From a virus (lineage: Duplodnaviria > Heunggongvirae > Uroviricota > Caudoviricetes): a DNA stretch of 64,000 bases. The position numbers and the translations under genes are program-made. The notes under the pieces were generated by a model that saw only the letters and a program-made list of their open reading frames with translations, searched no databases and had not been told where the DNA came from. Below, in pieces: positions 9,136 to 18,482 of the stretch (its first letter is position 1; each line of letters starts with the position of its first letter). Location: the IMG/VR virus record IMGVR_UViG_3300025858_000011; one strand, given 5' to 3'.

Positions 9136-9714
9136 TTAGGGCAACTGCCAGTACATATCGTACTTTGAGTAGCTCTCTTTATTTTTCTTTCTACAGATTT
9201 GTGTCTCCACAAATCCCAAGTCCACCAGGTCGATGAATCCATCACCGTTTACATCAGCGTAGGCATCGTATCCGGTATTTCCTCTCACTGCACCCCAGTG
9301 TACCGAAGTATGCACGATGTTAAAGTCGTCATCATTGACGACTTTGTCCCCATTTACGTCACAGAAGACGTGCGGAGGGTTTCCATAAAAACTCGCCAGG
9401 GTATCACTAACAACCAGGGTACGAGTTTTATATACAGCAACGACAAAGAACGTAAGTCTCTCTGTATATTTTTGTACCAAGATCTGTTTCTTTAAACTAG
9501 TTCTGGAGTACGGAATACCCCCGTTCATTGGAATAGGGGCTTCTGGATTTGCGTAGCTTCTTTGGTAAAGTTTAAAATACAGTGGTTTTTCCGCTGGAAC
9601 TTTCCAAGTAATTCTAAGAGTGTCATCAGCAAAAACTGGTACTCTGATTTTTTCGCGTGCCGACACACTTATTACCAATAAAAGAATAAGTGCAATAACC
9701 AATACTTTTTTCAT
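9136..9714 (-). CDS. secreted protein with dockerin-like Ca-binding repeats
   Basis: signal peptide MKKVLVIALILLLVISVSA; DVNGDKVVNDDDFNIV and DVNGDGFIDLVDLGFV dockerin type I-like repeat pair. Confidence 0.55.
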   Translation of the reverse strand: MKKVLVIALILLLVISVSAREKIRVPVFADDTLRITWKVPAEKPLYFKLYQRSYANPEAPIPMNGGIPYSRTSLKKQILVQKYTERLTFFVVAVYKTRTLVVSDTLASFYGNPPHVFCDVNGDKVVNDDDFNIVHTSVHWGAVRGNTGYDAYADVNGDGFIDLVDLGFVETQICRKKNKESYSKYDMYWQLP

Positions 9715-9941
9715 TTTAAAAATCCTTCAATCTTTTGAATAGTTTTTGGCATTAAATGTGCATTTCCCGCCAAGATATCTTTAAGCCGAGATAACTTTAT
9801 CCCAACTTGCTTAGCAAAGTCCTCAGAAGAAACTTTTCTAGTTTTTAATGCAGAAGCCAACTTTTCCGCAAAGATATTTTGTTCCCTGACTGTTCTTTTC
9901 GTTCTGTCAGGAATGTTTTCAAGTAGTTTACTAAATTTCAT
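9711..9941 (-). CDS. XRE-family HTH transcriptional regulator
   Basis: start moved to internal ATG at 9941 (GGAGG SD; avoids overlap with tRNA 3' exon); HTH SEDFAKQVGIKLSRLKDILAGN. Confidence 0.6.
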   Translation of the reverse strand: MKFSKLLENIPDRTKRTVREQNIFAEKLASALKTRKVSSEDFAKQVGIKLSRLKDILAGNAHLMPKTIQKIEGFLK

Positions 9942-9959
9942 AAATACCTCCAAAATTGG

Positions 9960-10226
9960 AGCCTGGGAGAGGACTTGAACCCCCAACCCGCTGATTACCT
10001 TACCACTATAGTTTTCACTACCGATTACTCGTTTGTGGTCTGGACTATGTCTTCACCATCTCAGGTGCAACACGTATAGTCTCTACGGATCCCCTTAGGT
10101 TTCCTCGGCGTTGCCATACATAATATGTAAGGGTTCACCGATACAGTGTTGTACATTCTATAAATTTTTTTCTCTATAGAAGCCCATTTTTTAGGTCAGC
10201 AGCTCTACCAATTGAGCTACCCAGGC
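9960..10226 (-). tRNA. tRNA-Thr(TGT) candidate interrupted by 194-nt group I intron (exons 10193..10226 and 9960..9998)
   Basis: 5' exon GCCTGGG-TA-GCTCAATTGGTAGAGC-T-GCTGA-CCT; 3' exon GTAA-TCAGC-...GGTTCAAGTCC...CCCAGGC-T; unusual C33 makes the anticodon call tentative. Confidence 0.6.
9999..10192 (-). other. group I intron (Azoarcus-like small IC-type core) in tRNA
   Basis: TATGGCAACGCCGAG, GAAACCTAAG, CCGTAGAGACTATACG, CATAGTCCAG elements; ends GTAAG like the tRNA-Leu intron. Confidence 0.65.
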
Positions 10227-10286
10227 TTAAAAGTCACACGGGTTTCCTCGCCAAGGTCCTTACCCCTATGATGCGATCGACGGACA

Positions 10287-10320
10287 TCCGGAGGGCATAT
10301 TGCTTGCTCCGGATTTTTTA
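10287..10320 (+). terminator. intrinsic terminator (plus)
   Basis: CCGGAG..CTCCGG hairpin followed by ATTTTTTAT. Confidence 0.5.
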
Positions 10321-10900
10321 TAATGGATGCCTTGTTGTGACTTGGATTACTATAATCATGATAGACACTTATTGAGAGCGACTCAACGCCTGCCTATTTT
10401 AGATTGGTGATTCCGTAATCCTAAACGTCCCCGCTTCCACGGGTTTCGCTTGATAATACCGTATGGCGACAGTTTGTAACATTGGGCCAACCTTGCCGGA
10501 ATGCCCGGTTACAATTATCAATCATTTGCGTGACCCCTTGCGCTGTAGCAAGATTTAACAATTCACAAGGGATACCCTTTAGGTATTCTCAAATTCACAC
10601 CTTCTTTTGCACATAGTTTACTATGTGAGTTTTAAATAAGTAATGTCACGGGAGACCGAGCATAAGGATTACGATTCCTTGCTAGTCTACCCTTCGATTT
10701 AGGTGCTACTCGAAGTAGCCACCGCGACATTGTTTATTATATAAATAACACATGTGGGAGCGAACCCTTAGTACGGTGAACTCTTTGGGTGTGGTTGCCC
10801 AAAAAGCGCATACTGCTAAGTAGGTAATATCCCCATGAAGGATATTTACCATATTCCACAATCTTGCCCACTTACGCTATAAATTTTTAAGTGATCAAAT

Positions 10901-11164
10901 TCACATGTGTCGCGTTTTAAATAACATTTTTACTACTTCAAACAAATCTGGTGCAGATCCGGTCGTCTTGTCGTCTGGATTATCGCTGAATCCGGTACAA
11001 GTCTCTAGCCAGACTGGGTCAAAATTCGCCGGCCAGAGAAACCATCCCATCCGGATTCCATGTAGGTTCCCAGTTACATGTGCGGTATTATTCACACATC
11101 CCGAGTGTGCATCTCCTGGAACATTTCGACGATGAACACATTTATAACAATCTGGAGTGGCCAT
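10901..11164 (-). CDS. hypothetical Cys/His-rich protein (87 aa)
   Basis: ORF; overlaps start of NADAR gene by 23 nt. Confidence 0.35.
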   Translation of the reverse strand: MATPDCYKCVHRRNVPGDAHSGCVNNTAHVTGNLHGIRMGWFLWPANFDPVWLETCTGFSDNPDDKTTGSAPDLFEVVKMLFKTRHM

Positions 11165-11591
11165 TCAAATTTGTTCTCACCTCCATTAATAGCTTTCCAA
11201 GAACGTTTTCTCCTGGTATTTCCATACAGTGTTCGCATAAACAATTTCCCCAAAAATTGTCATGCCAGTAATTTCCCTCTTGTAATGGTTGGTCTCCAGT
11301 GTCACAAAGAAGACCGCTGAACGGTTCCTTGCTGAATTTTTTAACCAGGAGTTCCTTCATTAGGTCTACCTTTACTTGATTCCAATCCGGTCGTAAGGGA
11401 TTTACCAATCTTCCGAGTCGTTTTGCCTGACCGGGAGTTCCGGCTGCAATTCTCGCACGTTCATTGTTATCAAGTGATTTAGCCGCCTGAAACGCGTTTT
11501 CTACAGAATGATAAATTTTATTATCAAATTCTACATCAGCAGGATAAAAATTTGAAAGAAACTCGTATTTTCCTATAAATAACACTATCAT
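11142..11591 (-). CDS. NADAR (YbiA/DUF1768) domain protein, ADP-ribose processing
   Basis: 149 aa; FLSNFYPADVEFDNKIYHSVENAFQAAK is the hallmark NADAR N-terminal motif. Confidence 0.65.
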   Translation of the reverse strand: MIVLFIGKYEFLSNFYPADVEFDNKIYHSVENAFQAAKSLDNNERARIAAGTPGQAKRLGRLVNPLRPDWNQVKVDLMKELLVKKFSKEPFSGLLCDTGDQPLQEGNYWHDNFWGNCLCEHCMEIPGENVLGKLLMEVRTNLNGHSRLL

Positions 11592-11776
11592 CGTAGTTTC
11601 CTTTTATAATTTATAATCGTTATTCCATTAAGTTGTTTTGTTTGTGGATCGATGCGCATGATTGCTTCTACTTCTGTAGATCTGCAGGCTCGTGGATTTC
11701 CAAATGAAATATACATTACATCTGATTCTTTATCATATGAAAACGACACTGTTTCTGAAGACAGTTCTTCACACAT
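11588..11776 (-). CDS. DUF2283-like small protein
   Basis: 62 aa; YDKESDVMYISF matches the YDxExDxLYI signature. Confidence 0.4.
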   Translation of the reverse strand: MCEELSSETVSFSYDKESDVMYISFGNPRACRSTEVEAIMRIDPQTKQLNGITIINYKRKLR

Positions 11777-11921
11777 ATAGCCTCCTTGATTAAATTAATT
11801 TGTGCTGGCCCGCAGACCAGCACATGTAAGAATTTCACTTACATAATATGCCTTTGGGAATCGAGCCCAAATAGACTCCCATCTATATAGATGGGGGTGT
11901 TTCCATTACACCATTGCATCG

Positions 11922-11994
11922 CTCCAGGAGGAGGGCTCGAACCTCCGACCTGATGGTTAACAGCCATCCGCTTCCACCACTGAGCTACCCTGGA
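11922..11994 (-). tRNA. tRNA-Asn(GTT)
   Basis: acceptor TCCAGGG/TCCTGGA, D GCTCAGTGGTGGAAGC, anticodon loop CTGTTAA, T GGAGGTTCGAGCCCTCC. Confidence 0.7.
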
Positions 11995-12002
11995 GTAGTA
12001 CT

Positions 12003-12446
12003 TCAATTGAGCAAATCTTTACACCAACGAAGTATTTGCTTAGCACTCTTTTCTATATTTGAAATTTTTGTGTCACCATTGTCTGGCACCGATGCCAGTT
12101 GGGCCCTATAAGCTGGTGTCCAATTCTTTTGTTTATATTCTTCGGGGATGGAGATATATATTGTCAATACTCCATTTCCAGGGTCATTATAAGTTATCTG
12201 TTCAGGAGTAATTGGTACTAATTCTTGAAGATCAGCGGATCTTCTGATTACCAAAGACCGTCTGCTGTTGGCAATCACTATTTTATTACAGAAGATAATC
12301 ACCTGATAGGCCTCATCAATATCCGCATCTTCGTCCCGCACAATAATTTCGATTTGCTCCTTCTTATTAATCCGAGCTTCAAAATATGAAAACTCGGGAG
12401 TACCTTCTGTAGCAAATTCAAGTGATTCCATAATCTGTACTGACAT
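12003..12446 (-). CDS. hypothetical protein (147 aa)
   Basis: ORF. Confidence 0.5.
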   Translation of the reverse strand: MSVQIMESLEFATEGTPEFSYFEARINKKEQIEIIVRDEDADIDEAYQVIIFCNKIVIANSRRSLVIRRSADLQELVPITPEQITYNDPGNGVLTIYISIPEEYKQKNWTPAYRAQLASVPDNGDTKISNIEKSAKQILRWCKDLLN

Positions 12447-12653
12447 ACATCACCTTTCTTTTAAATTATAGTATTAGCGGCCTCGTAAGGGCCAGTCCTG
12501 GCGGAAACCTGCTTGTTGAAGTTCAAGCTCTCCCGCAACCAGACCTATCGAATATGTCAGCCGGTCCCCCATATTGCAAATCTGGGTTACAGCCTATCTG
12601 ACATATTACCTCAATCTCCTGGATATCGGCCATTAACTTGCCGTTGCTAACTG

Positions 12654-12724
12654 CTCAGGGAGAGGGGCTCGAACCCCCGTTTGTAGATCCAAAATCTACA
12701 GTCCTACCATTGAACGATCCCCGA
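12654..12724 (-). tRNA. tRNA-Gln(TTG)
   Basis: acceptor TCGGGGA/TCCCTGA (one GU), D GTTCAATGGTAGGAC, anticodon loop TTTTGGA, T GGGGGTTCGAGCCCCTC; overlaps 3' end of ORF 12696..13358 by 29 nt. Confidence 0.55.
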
Positions 12725-13358
12725 GTGACTCTTGAATTTCTCGCTGTTTCTTCTGTTTTTCCCGATTGCGATTATAGATAATCAACCGGTCCCAAGCCTC
12801 ATCTCGATCTTTAACATGGTCAAGGATGAGAGACATATTAGCATCGAATAACTTTCGAGCTATAAGCTTCCTTTCCTCATCAGTGTTATTCTGGTAGTAC
12901 CTAACAGTATCAACGTAATACCTGGACGTCTTAACAACGAACTTCCAGGGATACTTAACTTGGTACATTTTCCTTTTTTCAAACGAAAATGGAGGAATGA
13001 AACACTTCTTTTGTTGCTCTGTAAGAGAGTTGAAAGTCTTCTCTCCAATTTCTCTGAGACCCTGATCGAACCGAAACTCAAAGAAGAAACCATTCCCGAA
13101 TTTAGTTTTGGGGGTGCTGTTTTTTCCTCGCGTAAACCATTCCCGGTTCACAAGAGGAAGAATGCTCTTAAGTATCGGTCCTTCTGAAGATCGCAGCAGG
13201 TCGGGACGAACCTCATAGGTATGTTTGTATCCCCAGAATTGGGAAGAAGTTTTTACTTCGATGGGACGCTCTTTCCAAATCTCGTTCCATCTCCGTAGGA
13301 GACGCCGTGCCTCTTTTTGTTCTAACTCTTTTTTATGTTTTCTGCTTTCTCTGCTCAT
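12696..13358 (-). CDS. hypothetical basic protein (220 aa)
   Basis: ORF; Lys/Arg-rich. Confidence 0.5.
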   Translation of the reverse strand: MSRESRKHKKELEQKEARRLLRRWNEIWKERPIEVKTSSQFWGYKHTYEVRPDLLRSSEGPILKSILPLVNREWFTRGKNSTPKTKFGNGFFFEFRFDQGLREIGEKTFNSLTEQQKKCFIPPFSFEKRKMYQVKYPWKFVVKTSRYYVDTVRYYQNNTDEERKLIARKLFDANMSLILDHVKDRDEAWDRLIIYNRNREKQKKQREIQESLGDRSMVGL

Positions 13359-13410
13359 CGGCTATTACCTGATTAGAGTTAATTGCACAAACCTAATTAT
13401 CTAATAGTTG

Positions 13411-13494
13411 TGCGGAGAGAAGGATTTGAACCTCCGAAGCCTTACGGCAGCGGATTTACAATCCGCCCCCTTTGTACCACTTGGGTATCCCCGC
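13411..13494 (-). tRNA. tRNA-Tyr(GTA)
   Basis: acceptor GCGGGGA/TCTCCGC, anticodon loop TTGTAAA, long variable arm, T GGAGGTTCAAATCCTTC. Confidence 0.75.
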
Positions 13495-13495
13495 A

Positions 13496-13530
13496 TAAAA
13501 AAAGCCCGTCAGATTAGATCCAACGGGCTT
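13496..13530 (-). terminator. intrinsic terminator (minus)
   Basis: AAGCCCGT..ACGGGCTT hairpin + T7 on minus strand, 5' of tRNA-Tyr. Confidence 0.6.
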
Positions 13531-13656
13531 ACCGAATCATCCTGACATACTAATCCACACTATTTAATAAATTTTGATATGTGAGGGATATTAACGTCAA
13601 GAAGTTCATATATAAATATAATATATTCGAATGTAATGTGCAAGTGAATTCTTAAA

Positions 13657-13941
13657 TTATTTTCTTTCTTCCGGCTCTCCACAGTAAATGCACCCATACT
13701 CCTTAGGATTATAAGAACATATATGATCAGGAGAAACTGGGCAATACCAACCAAGATCTCGTTCACAACGGGAACAAACGGCGGAGGAGGAGTCACCTGG
13801 GTCTTCTATTTCTTTTACATCATGCTTACATCTGCACAATGCATCACGCGCAAGGTTACTAAGCCTTATGGTTTCCCGCATTTGTTCATCCGTAAGTTCC
13901 GCTCCGGACTCCCAAGCTTCTACCAAATTTTCATGATTCAT
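13657..13941 (-). CDS. Cys-rich zinc-finger-like hypothetical protein
   Basis: 94 aa; multiple CxxC pairs. Confidence 0.45.
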   Translation of the reverse strand: MNHENLVEAWESGAELTDEQMRETIRLSNLARDALCRCKHDVKEIEDPGDSSSAVCSRCERDLGWYCPVSPDHICSYNPKEYGCIYCGEPEERK

Positions 13942-14024
13942 TTTTTGCGCCTTGATATACTAACTGTTACCACAACACTATAAGTATCAATAATGCCATA
14001 GGATTTTCCTTTTTTTTAAATTAG

Positions 14025-14098
14025 TAGGCCCGGGTGGGCTTGAACCACCGACCTGACGCTTATAAGACGCCGGCTCTAACCAACTGAGCTACAGGCCC
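14025..14098 (-). tRNA. tRNA-Ile(TAT)
   Basis: acceptor GGGCCTG/CGGGCCT, D GCTCAGTTGGTTAGAGC, anticodon loop CTTATAA, T GGTGGTTCAAGCCCACC. Confidence 0.65.
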
Positions 14099-14100
14099 AT

Positions 14101-14188
14101 AATATATAGTAGTAGGGACAGGATCAACCTGCATACATGGCCGCAGCCCTGCTCTAATTTGAGCTACCCTACTTTATTTGTATTATTG
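14101..14188 (-). pseudogene. tRNA-like element, degenerate
   Basis: acceptor AGTAGGG/CCCTACT and D-arm GCTCAAATTAGAGC present but no convincing anticodon or T arms. Confidence 0.25.
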
Positions 14189-14276
14189 CGGAGAGTAGAG
14201 GATTTGAACCCCTGGAGCTTTTAGGGCCCTACAGTTTTCAAGACTGCCGCCATAAGCCAGACTCGGCCAACTCTCC
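14189..14276 (-). tRNA. tRNA-Ser(TGA)
   Basis: acceptor GGAGAGT/ACTCTCC, anticodon loop CTTGAAA, long variable arm, T AGGGGTTCAAATCCTCT. Confidence 0.75.
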
Positions 14277-14462
14277 AATTATTTAAACAAGAAACCTACA
14301 ATGTCAACCAATGTCGCCTTAAAGACTTTGTGCCCACGATGTCTTGCCTGACATTGAGTTAGGCTACTACCAAATGTCATCTTTTTCAAGGAGGGAACTT
14401 TAAAAACTTTCCTTCCCTTTTGCAACGCGATTAGTTTTGCTTTGAATGTCATAACACTCTCC

Positions 14463-14702
14463 TCAATCTTGATAAACAAACGTTAAATCAGTATTCTCGG
14501 GAAGATTGCTAAATTCACAAATAATATCTTCTAATAAAATTTCTTCAGCCTCTTTTAACGAGAACTCTTTTTCAAATATTGCTACTTTTTCTTTTAATGC
14601 TAAAAGAGTAATTTCTTTGATATCAAGCCTCTTTATAAGCTCAGACTCCTTGGAATTTAATCTCACCAGGAGATCCAGCGGCTGCATTACTGACTTTATC
14701 AT
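14463..14702 (-). CDS. hypothetical protein (79 aa)
   Basis: ORF. Confidence 0.35.
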   Translation of the reverse strand: MIKSVMQPLDLLVRLNSKESELIKRLDIKEITLLALKEKVAIFEKEFSLKEAEEILLEDIICEFSNLPENTDLTFVYQD

Positions 14703-14862
14703 TTTTTAATTTGGTTACTTGTGTGAATACTGCTCCACAACGTTTGCATACTTCAATATTCACTGATAGGTCATCGTTTGAAATATTTATAGGAGCGTAG
14801 TGTGTAACACTTTTACCCCAAAATTCAATTCTCTTATGACCAAATAAACAAAAAATATTCAT
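14641..14862 (-). CDS. zinc-ribbon hypothetical protein (73 aa)
   Basis: CxxC...CxxC; ORF. Confidence 0.4.
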   Translation of the reverse strand: MNIFCLFGHKRIEFWGKSVTHYAPINISNDDLSVNIEVCKRCGAVFTQVTKLKNDKVSNAAAGSPGEIKFQGV

Positions 14863-14883
14863 ATTAATTTCTGATTAAAATAG

Positions 14884-14956
14884 TGAGACCGGCGGGGTTT
14901 GAACCCACGACCCGTTGCTTAAAAGGCAACTGCTCTGCCAACTGAGCTACGGTCTC
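14884..14956 (-). tRNA. tRNA-Lys(TTT)
   Basis: acceptor GAGACCG/CGGTCTC, anticodon stem GTTGC/GCAAC, loop CTTTTAA, T GTGGGTTCAAACCCCGC. Confidence 0.8.
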
Positions 14957-14977
14957 GTTAATGTAAATTAAGTATCG

Positions 14978-15050
<73 letters not shown>

Positions 15051-15080
15051 TTTAGTTCCTATTATTCTTATACCAATAAG

Positions 15081-15165
15081 CGGAGAGAACAGGGATTGAA
15101 CCTGTGTATCCTTTCGGATAGTCTCGGTTTAGCAAACCGGCCCCTTACCACTTGGGTATCCCTCC
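15081..15165 (-). tRNA. tRNA-Ser(GCT)
   Basis: acceptor GGAGGGA/TCTCTCC, anticodon loop TTGCTAA, long variable arm TATCCGAAAGGATA, T ACAGGTTCAATCCCTGT. Confidence 0.7.
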
Positions 15166-15175
15166 AAAATTTTAT

Positions 15176-15210
15176 GATAAAAAAAGCGTAGCCCTGTAGC
15201 AGGGCTACAG
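15176..15210 (-). terminator. intrinsic terminator (minus)
   Basis: GCGTAGCCCT..AGGGCTACAG hairpin + T-run on minus strand. Confidence 0.55.
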
Positions 15211-15504
15211 CTTCTGGACCATAAATCGATCATAGACTGGAAAGTCGGTTATAGTTCTCGATTCAGACCAACGCACCAATGTACTAGTACGATACGCCGC
15301 TAAATCCACTATAAAGGTCTCCCTGCTCCTTGCAGGCCTACCCATCGAGGTTTCCCCAACTCTTCGTATCACTCGAACTTCCAGAAGATTTCGTTCTGGT
15401 TGAATTCGAACTACTTCAAGTTCAAGTGCTACTCGGCAACCAGTTATGCTGTCGTGTACTGTTCTTGGTCCAGGGGCGATTATTTGTCCAACTTCAAATC
15501 TCAT
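15205..15504 (-). CDS. YDRF/YDKF-family small protein
   Basis: 99 aa; C-terminal ...FPVYDRFMVQKL; member of the repeated family, GC-rich codons. Confidence 0.55.
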   Translation of the reverse strand: MRFEVGQIIAPGPRTVHDSITGCRVALELEVVRIQPERNLLEVRVIRRVGETSMGRPARSRETFIVDLAAYRTSTLVRWSESRTITDFPVYDRFMVQKL

Positions 15505-15515
15505 TCAGTAGTCTC

Positions 15516-15788
15516 CTATAATGGGACAACCACCAACCGATCATAAATTACAAAATCTGAAAAACTAAATCCACCCACTTCAAGGTGTGCATCCTCAAAG
15601 TACTCTGAACTAACCCGATGACTTGAATCGACCATACTATTACCAGATAGTATTTTAACTTGAAACATGGGGGAATCACCAATATCCACCACCTCTAACT
15701 TTGCGTTATTTTTTAAAGAGGTGTAATTGTAGTGGTTTGAAAGGGGGCCTGGTATAATTATGTCCCCTACTTTAAAACGTCTTTCCAT
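15516..15788 (-). CDS. YDRF/YDKF-family small protein
   Basis: 90 aa; KVGDIIIPGP...FVIYDRLVVVPL. Confidence 0.55.
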   Translation of the reverse strand: MERRFKVGDIIIPGPLSNHYNYTSLKNNAKLEVVDIGDSPMFQVKILSGNSMVDSSHRVSSEYFEDAHLEVGGFSFSDFVIYDRLVVVPL

Positions 15789-15855
15789 GTGTAGTTCTCC
15801 AATGATAAAGAGGGAGGACTGGCCTCCCTCTCATAACAACCAGCGGACCTGTGAC

Positions 15856-16182
15856 TTAGGCCTTAAGGGCGTTCATGATAACGTCCACCTTAATGCCGAA
15901 GGTCTCCTCGAATTCCTTTGCCATCAGTTCCTGCGTCCAGGTCAAGCTGTGCAGCTTGGCCAACAGGGCGGTAATGGCATTGAGATCGTAACTCGGGGTA
16001 CCGAGCTTCTTGCGCTGTTCGGTCAATTCGGCTTCGATGGTTGCACGCTCACGATCGCCACGGAGATACTTCTCCGCAACGGAAACACGCGCTTGCTGCA
16101 GGTCGGCAGTCTTTTGTGCCTCAGATTTGTCTTTCGGGTCTTTTCCGTAGAATTGCTCCCAAAGAGTTATGGACTTTTCCAT
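15856..16182 (-). CDS. hypothetical protein (108 aa), GC-rich
   Basis: ORF with GC-rich codon usage unlike its neighbours. Confidence 0.5.
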   Translation of the reverse strand: MEKSITLWEQFYGKDPKDKSEAQKTADLQQARVSVAEKYLRGDRERATIEAELTEQRKKLGTPSYDLNAITALLAKLHSLTWTQELMAKEFEETFGIKVDVIMNALKA

Positions 16183-16242
16183 AGTTAATTCCTTCTTTTT
16201 TTATGTTAATGCATTAACACCCTCCCGGCTGGAGGCGTGTTG

Positions 16243-16317
16243 TGGACGCTACTGGATTTGAACCAATGATCTCCTGCTTGTAAGGCAGGCGCTTTGAACC
16301 AGCTGAGCTAAGCATCC
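16243..16317 (-). tRNA. tRNA-Val(TAC)
   Basis: acceptor GGATGCT/AGCGTCC, anticodon stem CCTGC/GCAGG loop CTTACAA, T ATTGGTTCAAATCCAGT. Confidence 0.65.
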
Positions 16318-16559
16318 CAGTATTTCTTTAAACAGATCTCACACTCTGGATCCCCACATCCAAGATATGATGCACTGTTTAATTCTTCCATTTTTAAAAA
16401 CTCTGCGTCTAAGTACTCATCCACTTCCTCATGATACTTGAAGTGTCTTTCCCGACGACTGGTGCTTTTTTTTAGAAGTTGTTTGTTTTTGCCTTTATAA
16501 TATTTTATACTAGGAAGGCAGTATATACAAAAAAATAATTTCGGTCTTTTTCTTTTCAT
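16308..16559 (-). CDS. zinc-finger-like hypothetical protein (83 aa)
   Basis: CIYC...CGDPECEIC. Confidence 0.4.
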   Translation of the reverse strand: MKRKRPKLFFCIYCLPSIKYYKGKNKQLLKKSTSRRERHFKYHEEVDEYLDAEFLKMEELNSASYLGCGDPECEICLKKYWDA

Positions 16560-16562
16560 AGT

Positions 16563-16637
16563 GCGGTACGTACGAGATTTGAACTCGTGTTACTGGCGTG
16601 ACAAGCCAGCATCCTGGGCCCCTAGATGAACATACCG
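16563..16637 (-). tRNA. tRNA-Asp(GTC)
   Basis: acceptor CGGTATG/CGTACCG, anticodon stem CTGGC/GCCAG loop TTGTCAC, T ACGAGTTCAAATCTCGT. Confidence 0.7.
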
Positions 16638-16638
16638 T

Positions 16639-17142
16639 TTAACGATGGATATCGTAGGCCAAGGTCATAGCCGCCAAGAGTTTTGCATCATGAAAATGTT
16701 CTGCCTTTAGTGTTTTCCTGGGCACCCACCGATTTACCAAGTGCTCGTGTCCTTCGACACTATCAACCTTTAGTTTGGCTTCAGAGCTATCGACCAAGTA
16801 ATAATAATACAGAAATGTTCTTTCAGTAAAGCATCCCGGGGAAGAATACACAAAACCCAGATTCACCATCGGTGTAAGTGGAATAATGCCGGTTTCTTCA
16901 AACAGTTCCCGTTCAGCAGCTTCCTCGGGAGACTCTCCAGGGTCAATATTACCTGCTGGTAATTCCAAAAACTGTACCAGCCCTTGATTTATAAATGGGC
17001 CGATGCGAAATTGCTGAGTAAGTAACAAATTATGTTCTTTTGCAATTTCAGTTTCTACCAGGATGGCAACTACGTCTGTTTTTTTGACGTAAGAATAGTC
17101 AATCTTGCCCTTGGGATATCTTTCAATTGTAATATAGGCCAT
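16639..17142 (-). CDS. Nudix hydrolase
   Basis: Nudix box GNIDPGESPEEAAERELFEETGI; start moved to internal ATG 17142 to avoid the tRNA-Phe overlap. Confidence 0.75.
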   Translation of the reverse strand: MAYITIERYPKGKIDYSYVKKTDVVAILVETEIAKEHNLLLTQQFRIGPFINQGLVQFLELPAGNIDPGESPEEAAERELFEETGIIPLTPMVNLGFVYSSPGCFTERTFLYYYYLVDSSEAKLKVDSVEGHEHLVNRWVPRKTLKAEHFHDAKLLAAMTLAYDIHR

Positions 17143-17157
17143 AATATTCCTTTTAAG

Positions 17158-17230
17158 TGGTAGCGAATGGAATTGAACCACCGACACGAGGCTCTTCAGG
17201 CCACTGCTCTACCAACTGAGCTACGCTACC
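17158..17230 (-). tRNA. tRNA-Phe(GAA)
   Basis: acceptor GGTAGCG/CGCTACC, D GCTCAGTTGGTAGAGC, anticodon loop CTGAAGA, T GGTGGTTCAATTCCATT. Confidence 0.7.
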
Positions 17231-17235
17231 AATAT

Positions 17236-17709
17236 TTAATATGTTAGTGGAAATGGATCTCTTTCTGATAAATCCGAAATTAGAGTTCCGTTCAAATGAT
17301 CAACTTCATGTTGAATTATAATTGCAGACGTCCCGCGGACTCCCTCAGTTGCAATTCTTCCTGTTCTATCCATCGATCTTACTTTAATACTTTTAGATCG
17401 TAAAACAGGAACGAGCATGCCCGGACAACTTAAACATGCTTCCCCTTTAAGTGTTGTTTGCGAAGAACGTTTAACAATCTCAGGATTTATAAGAACCGAA
17501 ATATTATCATTGGGCTCTTTTACAAGAATAACGGCCTTATTAATACCCAACTGTGGGGCAGCAAGACCGATGCCCTTAGTTTTTATTAATACCTCCACCA
17601 TTTGTGCAACGATGGAATTAGGGGCAAAAAGATTTTCTAATTCTTCAGGTAAAATACTTTCGGCCTTAACCCGAAGTCTAGGATCACCTAGTTGTAATAT
17701 TTCTTTCAT
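17236..17709 (-). CDS. def: peptide deformylase
   Basis: GIGLAAPQ, EACLSCPG, QHEVDHLNG, the three PDF motifs. Confidence 0.85.
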   Translation of the reverse strand: MKEILQLGDPRLRVKAESILPEELENLFAPNSIVAQMVEVLIKTKGIGLAAPQLGINKAVILVKEPNDNISVLINPEIVKRSSQTTLKGEACLSCPGMLVPVLRSKSIKVRSMDRTGRIATEGVRGTSAIIIQHEVDHLNGTLISDLSERDPFPLTY

Positions 17710-17714
17710 TATTC

Positions 17715-18089
17715 TTATACCCTTTTTTTAAATTCTGTAAGTTTTATTTCTTTTGCACAAAAGATCCCATCTCGCTCAATTCCATCTAATTTAAGATAAA
17801 TTCCTTTATTCCAAAATTTATCCCAATCTCCAAGATCCGAGGGAAGATGATGTTTTATTAAAATTGGCTCTTTAATTTCAATCTTCCATATTTCAATGTC
17901 GATGTCATCTACTACAACAAATGTTCTGTAATGCCGCGCAAGAAGATCTACTTCTTCATAATCACTGCAAAAAAACAACATACCTCGTTTGGCAGCTGTC
18001 CAAACGTAAGGGGTATAAACTGTTTCATACTTACCTGTTGCCCATGGGGAAACCAAATTCCCAAACTGTCTTACTAAAAATTTATACAT
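17715..18089 (-). CDS. hypothetical protein (124 aa)
   Basis: ORF. Confidence 0.5.
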   Translation of the reverse strand: MYKFLVRQFGNLVSPWATGKYETVYTPYVWTAAKRGMLFFCSDYEEVDLLARHYRTFVVVDDIDIEIWKIEIKEPILIKHHLPSDLGDWDKFWNKGIYLKLDGIERDGIFCAKEIKLTEFKKRV

Positions 18090-18482
18090 AGTTTCCTTTA
18101 TAAAATTAAGTTGTGATGTGTTCCCATGGTCCTACATAATAAATATTGGCACACACATGGCATCGTAACTTATACTTAGGTTCTTCTTTATTAGGAAATT
18201 GGGTGATAATATATTTCCCCAAAGTTTTGCACTTAGGGCACTCAAATTTCTTTTCTACTTTGTTAAGCACTTCGCTGGAATTCATAATTAATGTTTCTCC
18301 TTATAATAAATAAGGGTTACATTCTCCCCAAACATGCCAAGAAACATTTTATGTACTTGTTATATCGCAGTTACTTCATATCCAATAGCTTGTAATTCAG
18401 TAACTGCTTCTTCCACGTCTTGACTATGATAAGCACCGATACCACGTATAATTTGTATCATAATATTTCCTTTCTTAAATAG

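Noticed and set aside
12470-12650. Second tRNA in the 180 bp 3' of tRNA-Gln on the minus strand
   Set aside because: Hairpins present (GCGGGAGAGCTTGAAC...), but no complete cloverleaf could be built; left unannotated.
14884-14956. Possible ochre-suppressor tRNA (anticodon TTA)
   Set aside because: Recounting the 7-nt loop CTTTTAA puts TTT at positions 34-36, so it is an ordinary tRNA-Lys.
15760-16188. Plus-strand ORF 15760..16188
   Set aside because: Antisense shadow of the better-supported minus-strand gene 15856..16182 in a GC-rich stretch.
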